The position numbers and the translations under genes were made by a program. Shown here one piece after another: positions 29,980 to 37,928 of a DNA stretch of 64,000 nt. The stretch lies in NCBI GenBank assembly GCA_016718685.1, contig JADKCX010000021.1, forward strand, positions 1,650-65,649. Direction: 5' to 3'. Numbering within the stretch: position 1 is the first letter of the stretch; each line of letters opens with the position of its first letter. This DNA is from Haliscomenobacter sp. Lineage in GTDB: Bacteria; Bacteroidota; Bacteroidia; Chitinophagales; Saprospiraceae. The notes under the pieces were generated by a model. That model did not search any database and was not told the origin of the DNA. It was given only the letters and a program-made list of their open reading frames with translations.

Positions 29980-30020
29980 ACCGGATCAAGCTTTTTTTTT
30001 ATTTGTGAGCACGTAAATTT

Positions 30021-30120
30021 GTAGTTGAAAAGTTGGTGGTTGAAGTGTTGAAAAGTAGTCGGAAGTTCAAGTTAGGGTCACTAAACTTGAACTTCCGACT
30101 ACTCAACCTTCAACTCAACT
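30021..30120. repeat. Word-repeat palindrome (GTTGAAAA family) with 20-bp perfect unique inner stem
   Basis: The outer arms are GTTGAAAAGTTGG.GGTTGAAG.GTTGAAAAG / CTCAACCTTCAACTCAAC. The inner stem AGTAGTCGGAAGTTCAAGTT pairs perfectly with AACTTGAACTTCCGACTACT. The element lies between divergent gldB (start 29979) and the OMP gene (start 30147). Confidence 0.85.
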
Positions 30121-30146
30121 TACTCCGCCACCAAAACAATCGAAAT

Positions 30147-30872
30147 ATGAAAAAAATTATTGCAGTAGCAGCATTTTTATGCATCGCGCTAACGCAGTTG
30201 TCTGCCCAGTTTGAAGATGTAAGGTTTGGATTTCAGTTAAGCCCTGCTTTTACGGGCATGGGAACCGACAACAACCGCATCAACCGCAATGGCACCAACC
30301 TCGGGCTGAAACTGGGGATGATGACCGAGTTGTACTTTCGTCAAAACTACGCCATTTCCAGTGGAATTGGGTTCGCGTTCAACCACGGCGGATCCCTGAC
30401 TTATGAATACGGCGGCAAGTATTGGGTACAATCCGATTTGGGCCCCAATCTGGATACCCTGCCGGATGGAGTTAAACTAAAATACAGCTTGCAGTTCATT
30501 GAAATTCCACTGCTGGTCAAAATGCGAACCCGTGAATTCGGTCGGGTGCGCTATTTCCTGGAACCCGGGGTATTCTTGAATTTTAAATCCAAATCCACCG
30601 GAAGTATTGAAGGGCGCGGTATCGGCTCTGATGCCGAAAAAATCAACATCCGCAAAGACATCAATGGCATCAGTATGCTCTGGGGGATGAACGGCGGGAT
30701 TGAATACAGCCTGGCGGAAACCACCTCCCTGGTCGCGGGCCTGGGATTCCAATCTGGCTTTACCGATCTTACGGAAGACAAAGGCACCATTTTTGATCCC
30801 GCTGGTAACAAACGTGAAAACTCCAAGGCAACGGGGAGTGCGATTGTGATAAAATTGGGGATTATTTTTTAG
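30147..30872 (+). CDS. Outer-membrane beta-barrel protein (porin/OmpA-beta-barrel-like family)
   Basis: Starts at MKKIIAVAAFLCIALTQLSAQ. About 240 aa of alternating beta strands, ending ...AIVIKLGIIF. The upstream 38 aa of the track ORF is hairpin translation. Confidence 0.7.
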   Translation: MKKIIAVAAFLCIALTQLSAQFEDVRFGFQLSPAFTGMGTDNNRINRNGTNLGLKLGMMTELYFRQNYAISSGIGFAFNHGGSLTYEYGGKYWVQSDLGPNLDTLPDGVKLKYSLQFIEIPLLVKMRTREFGRVRYFLEPGVFLNFKSKSTGSIEGRGIGSDAEKINIRKDINGISMLWGMNGGIEYSLAETTSLVAGLGFQSGFTDLTEDKGTIFDPAGNKRENSKATGSAIVIKLGIIF

Positions 30873-30938
30873 GGTTCGAAGGTTCGTGGGTTCGGGAGTT
30901 GGGGAGGTCTAATCCTTTGAGTCTCGAATCCACGAGCG
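30872..30938. repeat. Degenerate word-repeat palindrome (GGTTCGRG family)
   Basis: The left arm is GGGTTCGAAGGTTCGTGGGTTCGGGAGTTGGGG. The right arm is only CTCGAATCCACGAGCG, about 12/16 complementary. It lies between convergent gene ends. Confidence 0.6.
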
Positions 30939-30953
30939 ATGTTCTCTTTTTTA

Positions 30954-31502
30954 TCAAACGACAGGGGCTCTATCTAAGTCGCTATAAGGGTAATGCCCTG
31001 CTTGCTTCAATTTTTCAAATAACTGATCAGCGCCATTTTTTCTAGCATATTCCATTTCGCTTCTAAAAACTTGAATGCACAGCAGCAAATGATGTTGCCT
31101 GTCGCCAATTTTAAATTTCTTGTTTTCAGGTTCATATAAGTCAAAGATTAAACAAGTATTTTCTTTGCCTTCATCGTTGGGGATTTCGCAAGTTTCATTT
31201 GGGTTTATAATAGCTTGCCTTGAATAATCCCCAATTGTTGTGAAAAAACCACAGACCTTTCGTTCAATAAAATTAAAAGGGGTCTGTGTATCACTGTTGT
31301 GCTCGTAATTGTGCTTGGTAAAAGCCACAAGTTCATATGTCCCATGCCTGTTTGGCAAAGGGCCAGTTCCATCTGGTTCTAAAAGTTCCATCGTCACAAA
31401 ACCTGTGCCCTTGATATGATTGGGGAAATAATACATGTCAACTGCGCCTCCAACTGCAAAAGAAATGATTGCATGCCCAACCAAGTCGTGCATTTTACCC
31501 AA
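30954..31502 (-). CDS. SUFU-like (suppressor-of-fused domain) protein, possible orphan immunity protein
   Basis: 182-aa ORF. The layout and composition resemble bacterial SUFU-domain proteins (by eye). The same frame stays open and protein-like upstream (...FKKLFGIAEQQTAKEFTEQEYETDYELKVQGLENVLGK) to about 31620. An ATG at 31629 is in another frame, so the true start is unresolved. GC is low (about 34% in one 100-nt sample). Confidence 0.45.
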   Translation of the reverse strand: MGKMHDLVGHAIISFAVGGAVDMYYFPNHIKGTGFVTMELLEPDGTGPLPNRHGTYELVAFTKHNYEHNSDTQTPFNFIERKVCGFFTTIGDYSRQAIINPNETCEIPNDEGKENTCLIFDLYEPENKKFKIGDRQHHLLLCIQVFRSEMEYARKNGADQLFEKLKQAGHYPYSDLDRAPVV

Positions 31503-31654
31503 AACATTTTCAAGTCCTTGTACTTTGAGTTCATAATCCGTTTCATATTCTTGTTCAGTAAATTCTTTTGCTGTTTGTTGTTCTGCTATTCCGAATAATT
31601 TTTTAAAAAAGTTAGCATATTTCAGTCATTGGATTGTTAACGTTGTGGTTGTCT

Positions 31655-31717
31655 AAGGTTCGGAGATAATCAGTACCTCGGCTTCGCTCGGCGACTTAGT
31701 TGAACTCCCGAACCCTT
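31655..31717. repeat. Degenerate word-repeat palindrome (GGTTCGRG family)
   Basis: AAGGTTCGGAG ... AACTCCCGAACCCTT. Immediately downstream of the stop at 31718. Confidence 0.5.
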
Positions 31718-32089
31718 TTACTTCTGCTTAGGTTGCCTGGCTCCTTTCCCCTTCTTCGGCCGATTCGCCTTCATGGCATCCAGCTTCGCCTTTTGTTCCT
31801 CGTTCAACACGGTGCGAATTTCTTCTTGCATGGCCTGCATGAGCGGTGCCATAGCCTCGCGACGGGCTGTTTGGTCCGTATTGCCATCACGGGCTTCCTT
31901 CATTTTAGGTCGGTAGTTACCAATGATATTTTTGATGCTGGTTTCCTGTTGGGTGCTGAGACTCAGCTTGATTTTCATGGAGTCCATGTTCATCATCGGG
32001 AAACGTCCAACCCCTTTTTGTTGGGCACTTGCGTTCAAGGAGCCCAGTAGTAAAAATGCAAAAAACAGACTGATTTTTAGCAGTTTCAT
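31718..32089 (-). CDS. Periplasmic LTXXQ-motif (Spy/CpxP-like) protein
   Basis: Signal peptide. Two L(S/N)..Q motifs (LSTQQ, LNEEQ) in a helical K/E-rich 123-aa protein with a basic tail. Confidence 0.55.
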   Translation of the reverse strand: MKLLKISLFFAFLLLGSLNASAQQKGVGRFPMMNMDSMKIKLSLSTQQETSIKNIIGNYRPKMKEARDGNTDQTARREAMAPLMQAMQEEIRTVLNEEQKAKLDAMKANRPKKGKGARQPKQK

Positions 32090-32110
32090 GGTTTATATGT
32101 TTTTTAAAAA

Positions 32111-33307
32111 TTACACAAGATCAATCCCTTTAAAAGACTGGCCCAAAATCTGGGGTGCCGGAGCATCCAGCCAGCGGTTGAGCAGCGTGGTGTAAATGTC
32201 GCGGAAGTCGACCTGGTACTTGAGGTCGCCATCGTCCAGATCGCTCAAATTGGGGGAGCCATTGAAGAAGCCCGCTTTTTTGAGGTTTCCGCCCATCAGG
32301 AACAGGTTGTTTGCCGTACCGTGGTCGGTGCCCACGCTGGCGTTTTGTTTTACCCGCCGCCCAAATTCCGAAAAAGTCATGATCAGGACATCGTTCAGCA
32401 GGTTGTTCTGCTTGAGGTCTTGCACAAAAGCTTTCATGCCCTCGGCGTATTGTTGCAACAGGCGCTCCTGGCGATTGCGTTGGTTGGCATGGGTATCAAA
32501 GCCAGTCAAGGACGCATAATAAATACGCGTATCCGTATCGGCGGTGATCAACTGCGAAATCATTTTCAAATCCTTGGCAAACTCACTTTGTGGATAAGCC
32601 ACAGTGGTGCGGTACACCTTCGATTTTTCGAACAAATAGTCCGCTGAAGACTGTGTCTCTACCAGGGTTTTGTACAGGTAGGCCACATTTTCCTCGTGGT
32701 GAACCGAACTTGGCGTTTTGCCTACGGCCTGCAGGATTTTGTTGTCGGTGGTGCGTTTGAGTTGCGCCGGATCGCTCATGGCAAAACCCCGCCGTTGGTT
32801 GCCTTTGAGGGCCAGGCTCAAGGTATCGTCCAATTCAATGGCGTGATAGGGCGAGGTGCAACCCTGGCAATTGCTGTCCAGGTAACGACCCAGCCAGCCC
32901 GAGTTGAGGTATTCGGTACTCTCGCTGGCGGTATGCCAAATGTCCATCGAGCGGAAGTGCGAGCGATCGGGGTTGGGATATCCCACACTGTTGACGATGC
33001 TCATTACCCCATCATCGTACAGCCCTTGTAGTGCTTGCAAGGCAGGATTGAACCCCAGGTCGCTGCTCACTTTCAGGACTTCGGTTTTTGGGATGGCCAG
33101 ACTTGGTCGGTTTTGGTAGTACAAGTCGTTTTGATAAGGCACAATGGTATTGAGGCCGTCGTTTCCACCCGAAAACTGAACAACCACCAGTACTTTTCCG
33201 CTCCGGCGTGCCATCAATTGGCCGAAGGCGATATCGTTGAGGAAGGCCGGAATCATCATGGCGGTGCTGGCCAGTGCCGACTGCTTCAAAAAATTTCTTC
33301 TTTTCAT
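32111..33307 (-). CDS. DUF1501 domain protein (sulfatase/phosphatase-like, Tat-exported)
   Basis: Starts at MKRRNFLKQSALASTAMMIPAF (twin-arginine signal). The body GGNDGLN...DTHANQ...FSEFGRR...GTDHG is typical of DUF1501. Confidence 0.85.
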   Translation of the reverse strand: MKRRNFLKQSALASTAMMIPAFLNDIAFGQLMARRSGKVLVVVQFSGGNDGLNTIVPYQNDLYYQNRPSLAIPKTEVLKVSSDLGFNPALQALQGLYDDGVMSIVNSVGYPNPDRSHFRSMDIWHTASESTEYLNSGWLGRYLDSNCQGCTSPYHAIELDDTLSLALKGNQRRGFAMSDPAQLKRTTDNKILQAVGKTPSSVHHEENVAYLYKTLVETQSSADYLFEKSKVYRTTVAYPQSEFAKDLKMISQLITADTDTRIYYASLTGFDTHANQRNRQERLLQQYAEGMKAFVQDLKQNNLLNDVLIMTFSEFGRRVKQNASVGTDHGTANNLFLMGGNLKKAGFFNGSPNLSDLDDGDLKYQVDFRDIYTTLLNRWLDAPAPQILGQSFKGIDLV

Positions 33308-33339
33308 CTTGGTTAAAGTTGTGAGAAGGTTAAGCAACT

Positions 33340-34736
33340 TTAAGCCATCAGCCTTAACCACAATTGGTATTCCGGTAAAGTCATCAAACGCAAGGTCATC
33401 TGCCGGATGATCGATTCTCGGTCGGTTGCGGCCAATTCTTTGGTGTAGGACTCAATGGGCAGCGCGGGTTGAGCGGACAGCAGGTATTTTGCCAACTCGG
33501 CGGCAATGTCATTGGCGGACGATCCTTTAACGCTGCCGCTGAGGGGTGCCATGTTGAGGGTGTTGCTCAGGCGACGACCACCTTTTTCGCGCGTTTCGTC
33601 TTCAAATTCCCCTTTGGTGCGCAGGCTGAATTCGGTGGCATTGAACAAATAACCCGGCAGGTTCAGGCGCAGCATCAAGGTCGAGTTGTCGATCCAGGTT
33701 TTGCCGCCCGGCCAACCCGCTACGTTGGGCGGATTGAAGAGGATTTGTCCCAAAGCCCGCTGAATGAACAGCATGCCCATTGGCTGGTCAAATTTCATAT
33801 CGACCGTACGCATCAAACCTGCGGTAAATTCAATGGGCGACTTGATGCGGTTGCCCATATTTGGGGGGGCGTAAAACCATTCGCTGGAAAAAATACTGTG
33901 CATCAGCTTGCCGATGTCGTAACCTGATTGGTAAAACTGCTTGCTCAAGGTTGAGACCACCACTTCATCCACTTGCTCATTTACAAAGTGTTTGTACACT
34001 TTACGCACGATGAATTGTGCCGTTTCGGGTCTCTCCAAAATGATGTTGATGATGTCGGCTCCATCAAAATTGCCCGTTTTCCAAAAAAAGTTTTGCTGCC
34101 GTAATCGTGCCAGAAAGGCCGGAAAAGATAGTCTCCACGAAGGTCGCTCGACCAACCCGTAAAGGCCCTTGCCGCCTCTTTGATGTCTTTTTCACTGTAC
34201 TTGCCCCGACCTAGGGTAAAGAGTTCCATCAATTCACGGGCGAAGTTTTCATTTGGTTTTTCCTTGCGGTTTTGTTGGTTATTCAGGTAACGAATCATGG
34301 CAGGGTCTTGCGCGACGGCCAGCAACATGTCTTTAAAATTGCCTAGGGCATGTTTGCGTAAGGTATTGAGATACTGCATGCTGAGCTTGCCGAAGTCTGG
34401 CTTACAAGCAAAGTGGCCATGCCAAAAAAAGGTCATGCGCTCTAGCAGGGCACTTTCTTTTGGGTTGGCCATGCGGTACACCCAGTTGACATTGTATTCA
34501 AAGATGCGACGTTTTTCTTCGCGCAAAACCTGTTCAAATAGCTCGCGGTTTTCGCGCTTTTTTTCCATGTCTTCCGGCAAACCCATTTCGGCCATCGGAA
34601 GCGCAACTTGTGCCTGCCGCGCTTGGGTAAACAGCTCGTCAATGGCCTTGCTGATGGGCCATTCGCGTCTTTGTTGCCACTCTGTTGGGCTCAGGCCAAA
34701 ACCTGCGCGCCAGTAGAGGTGTTTGATCTTCTCCAT
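33340..34736 (-). CDS. DUF1800 domain protein; one homopolymer frame disruption
   Basis: ORFs 33981..34736 and 33340..34155 are one gene (...HDYGSKTFFGK / TGNFDGADIINIILERPETAQFIVRKVYKHFV). The shift is at the A7 run 34083..34089 (T7 on the coding strand). This is the classic partner of DUF1501. Confidence 0.85.
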
Positions 34737-34895
34737 GTCCAGCGATTTGTGTTTGTGAAAGCTTAGACTGTAGGAAATGTAAGGAGTTTAATGCAACATT
34801 CTTAAGGTGATGTTAAAAAAAAGGCTCAACGAAAAAATTCAGTCTTGCTTACAAAATGGAGCGTAATTTTGCAGCGGCATTAAAAGTTAAAACCT

Positions 34896-35447
34896 ATGCA
34901 AGGATCACTACGGGCTGTTTTATGGATGGGATTGAGTATTTTGTTGCTGTTTAGCGCATGCACCGTCAAGGAGAAAGGAGCAAGCACGGCAACGCAAGCA
35001 CAACTGGTCAGTACTTTGGGGCAATTGGAAACCCAACTGCGCCAAGCGCCTGAACAAGACCTGGATACCGCAAAAGTGGCTACTTTTGTGGATTACGCGC
35101 AGGCCTTAGCTGAGCGTTTTCCGCAAGATTCTTTGGCTCCACTCTATTTGTTTCGGGCTGCCGAGCTGAGTTATGCCACCGGGCAACTGAATGCGGCGAT
35201 TGATTTGTGGGGCAAAATCAGCAGCAGTTTCAACAAATACAACCGCAGTCCCGAAGCCGCTTTTATGCAAGGCTTTGTAGCCGAAAACGATCTGAAGGAC
35301 AAAGAAAAAGCCATCAATTTTTATCAGGCTTTTTTGACCCAATACCCCGAACACCCCATGGCAAAAGACGCCCAGGTACTGATGGACAACCTAAAAAAAG
35401 GCATCTCGGATCGGGAACTCATTGAACAATTTGAACAACAACAATAG
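34896..35447 (+). CDS. TPR-like lipoprotein
   Basis: Lipobox LLLFSAC. Helical repeats with A/L/Y spacing (YLFRAAELSYATGQLNAAIDLW..., NFYQAFLTQYPEHPMAKDA). Confidence 0.55.
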   Translation: MQGSLRAVLWMGLSILLLFSACTVKEKGASTATQAQLVSTLGQLETQLRQAPEQDLDTAKVATFVDYAQALAERFPQDSLAPLYLFRAAELSYATGQLNAAIDLWGKISSSFNKYNRSPEAAFMQGFVAENDLKDKEKAINFYQAFLTQYPEHPMAKDAQVLMDNLKKGISDRELIEQFEQQQ

Positions 35448-35497
35448 TTTACATAAAGTACGGCAACAGATCGCACGGCTTTTTAAAAATAATTCCA

Positions 35498-36673
35498 ATG
35501 AAAAAAATAGTCTCAACGCTAGCAGTATCGCTACTCTTGCTCAGTGCAGTAATTGGCCAGGGCATTGAATTTTTTCACGGCAGCTGGGAAGAAGCACTGG
35601 CCGAGGCCAAAAAGCAGGAAAAGCCCATTTTTGTGGATGCTTTTACCACCTGGTGTGGGCCCTGTAAAATGATGTCCCGCAGCGTATTCACCGCGGAAGA
35701 AGTGGGTACTTTTTTCAACGAAAATTTCATCAGCCTTAAAATTGACATGGAGAAGCCGGAAGGACTGAGTTTTCAAAAAACCTATCCCGTATCGGCTTAC
35801 CCTACCTTGTATTTTATTGGCAATGACGGCAAAGTGATCAAAAGAGTGGTGGGCGCCAAGCAGGCTGAGGAGTTCATTCAGGTGGCCAAAAGCACTTTGG
35901 GGCGGGCCGACAACATTGAAGATTATGTGAAGGCTTATGAAGGAGGCGACCGCAAACCCGAACTGGTGTACAAATACGTGCGGGCATTGAACCGCTCCGG
36001 CAAACCCAATCCGCGCATTGTCAACGATTTTTTGCGCACGCAAAAAGACTTTGATTCCGACTTCAGCCGCAAAATTATTTTTGAAGGCACCAGTGAAGCC
36101 GATAGCCGCGCCTTCGAACTATTGGTGCAGCACCGCAGCGCCATTGCCCCTCTGGTTGGTGGCGAAGAAGCCGTAAAAAATAAAATTATCGCGGCTTGCA
36201 AAGCGACTGCCCAAAAAGGCATCACCATGCAAAACGAGGACTTGATCAAAGAGGCTAAGAAAAAAATACAAACCCACCTGCCGGATCGTGCGCAAGCCTT
36301 TGCTGCCCGCATGGACATGGACATGGCCGACAAACAAGACAATGCCAAGGATTACCTGAAAGCCGCCAAAGCCTACGCCAAAGCCGCTGCCAGTGAGCCC
36401 GTAACTGAGCTGCGCACTGTTGCTTTTGAACTCAAAAAACGCAGCGCCAATACCCCGGATGCCCTCGATGCAGCCATTGAACTGATGAAGGTGGCTTCCG
36501 AAAAAAGTGATCAATCCATTTACGCCCTCAGCTATGCTGATCTGCTGCTCAGCAAAGGAAAAGTTGCCGAAGCAAAAGCGGCGGCTGAAAAAGCGGTCAA
36601 GCTCTCCGAAAAAGAAGGAGAAGACAACCTGATCCGGGCCAAAGGGTATTTGGATAAATTGATGCAGCCGTAA
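35498..36673 (+). CDS. Thioredoxin-fold protein with helical C-terminal domain
   Basis: Signal peptide, FVDAFTTWCGPCKMM (CxxC), YPTLYFIG. The C-terminal ~250 aa is helical and A/K-rich. Confidence 0.8.
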   Translation: MKKIVSTLAVSLLLLSAVIGQGIEFFHGSWEEALAEAKKQEKPIFVDAFTTWCGPCKMMSRSVFTAEEVGTFFNENFISLKIDMEKPEGLSFQKTYPVSAYPTLYFIGNDGKVIKRVVGAKQAEEFIQVAKSTLGRADNIEDYVKAYEGGDRKPELVYKYVRALNRSGKPNPRIVNDFLRTQKDFDSDFSRKIIFEGTSEADSRAFELLVQHRSAIAPLVGGEEAVKNKIIAACKATAQKGITMQNEDLIKEAKKKIQTHLPDRAQAFAARMDMDMADKQDNAKDYLKAAKAYAKAAASEPVTELRTVAFELKKRSANTPDALDAAIELMKVASEKSDQSIYALSYADLLLSKGKVAEAKAAAEKAVKLSEKEGEDNLIRAKGYLDKLMQP

Positions 36674-36775
36674 CAAAGGATTAGCGTAAGTAAACGGTTC
36701 ATTCAGTGCTGATCCTTTGGCCTAAAAAAATGAACACTTAATTTTGCCCCACTACTCATCGCACAACCACACTTC

Positions 36776-37822
36776 ATGCAAGACCAAGCAGAACAACGCA
36801 CTGACATCAATACCCTCGGCGAGTTTGGACTCATCGAACACCTGACCCGCCAATTTCCGCTGGAAAACAGCTCATCCATCAAAGGGGTAGGCGATGATGC
36901 TGCGGTGATCGACAATGCCGGTTTTTTGACCGTAGTCTCTACCGATATGCTGGTGGAAGGCATCCACTTTGACCTGATGTATTCGCCGCTCAAACACCTG
37001 GGATACAAATCCGTGGCAGTCAACGTGTCGGACATCTACGCCATGAATGCACAGCCCAAACAAATCACGGTGAGCATCGCGCTGTCCAACCGCTTTTCAT
37101 TGGAGGCTTTGGATGAATTGTACGAAGGCATTCGGCTGGCGTGCAAGCATTATGGGGTTGACTTGGTCGGGGGCGATACCAGTTCTTCCAACCGTGGCCT
37201 GATTTTGTCGATTACTGCGATTGGCCAGGGCACTGCAGAAAAAATGGTTTACCGCAATACCGCCAAAATTGGTGACCTGATTTGTATCACGGGCGACCTC
37301 GGTGCCGCCTACCTCGGCTTGCAGATTCTGGAGCGGGAAAAACAATTGTTCCTGTCCAACCCCGGCATTCAACCCGATCTGGAAGCCCAGAACTACATCA
37401 TTGGCCGCCAACTGAAACCCGAAGCGCGCAAGGACATCATCGAGATGTTTGAAAAAAACCAACTGGTGCCTACTTCGATGATCGACATCTCGGATGGACT
37501 GGCTTCAGAGTTGTTTCACATTTGCACCCAGTCGGGTGTAGGAGCATTTTTGGAGGAATCGGGCATTCCGATTCACCCCGACACTGAATTACAGGCCATC
37601 AAATTCGGCCTGGATCCGGCGACCTGTGCGCTCAATGGTGGCGAAGATTATGAACTGCTCTTTACCATCAATCCGAAGGATGTGGACAAAATCCGCTTTT
37701 TACCGGATATCTACATTGCGGGGGAAATTGTGGAGGCCAAAGATGGCATCAATTTGCATACAAAAGGCGGGAATATTCATGCGCTGAAGGCGCAGGGTTG
37801 GCGGCATTTTGAGGGAGAGTGA
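36776..37822 (+). CDS. thiL: Thiamine-monophosphate kinase
   Basis: LGEFGLIEHLTRQF...GVGDDAAVID...STDMLVEGIHFDL...GGDTSSS, the AIR-synthase-like ThiL pattern. Confidence 0.9.
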   Translation: MQDQAEQRTDINTLGEFGLIEHLTRQFPLENSSSIKGVGDDAAVIDNAGFLTVVSTDMLVEGIHFDLMYSPLKHLGYKSVAVNVSDIYAMNAQPKQITVSIALSNRFSLEALDELYEGIRLACKHYGVDLVGGDTSSSNRGLILSITAIGQGTAEKMVYRNTAKIGDLICITGDLGAAYLGLQILEREKQLFLSNPGIQPDLEAQNYIIGRQLKPEARKDIIEMFEKNQLVPTSMIDISDGLASELFHICTQSGVGAFLEESGIPIHPDTELQAIKFGLDPATCALNGGEDYELLFTINPKDVDKIRFLPDIYIAGEIVEAKDGINLHTKGGNIHALKAQGWRHFEGE

Positions 37823-37928
37823 TAAGTCAGACTTGAGGCATCCCGTTAAAGCTTTGTGATTGTCCAATGATTTTGCAAGGCTTTTTGAGTTACGTTTTCA
37901 CCATGGATTGCACAGATGAACACAGAAC

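Noticed and set aside
35531-36676. Long antisense ORFs (35531..36043 and 36119..36676). The same phenomenon occurs at 45283..46074, 57507..58190, 43395..44054, 41697..42206, 10663..11238, 5494..5979 and 33469..33927.
   Set aside because: Each lies entirely opposite a gene with clear family motifs. Each has low-complexity, G/R/H/F-rich translations with no recognisable motif, no signal of its own start context, and no intergenic space. These are the expected shadow ORFs in roughly 50% GC coding DNA.
36674-36719. The hairpin CAAAGGAT-N30-ATCCTTTG upstream of thiL as a TPP riboswitch.
   Set aside because: There is no THI-box-like conserved core (CUGAGA / ACCUGAUCUGGAUAAUGC-type elements). At 46 nt it is too short. 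It is probably just a weak 3' structure of the preceding gene.
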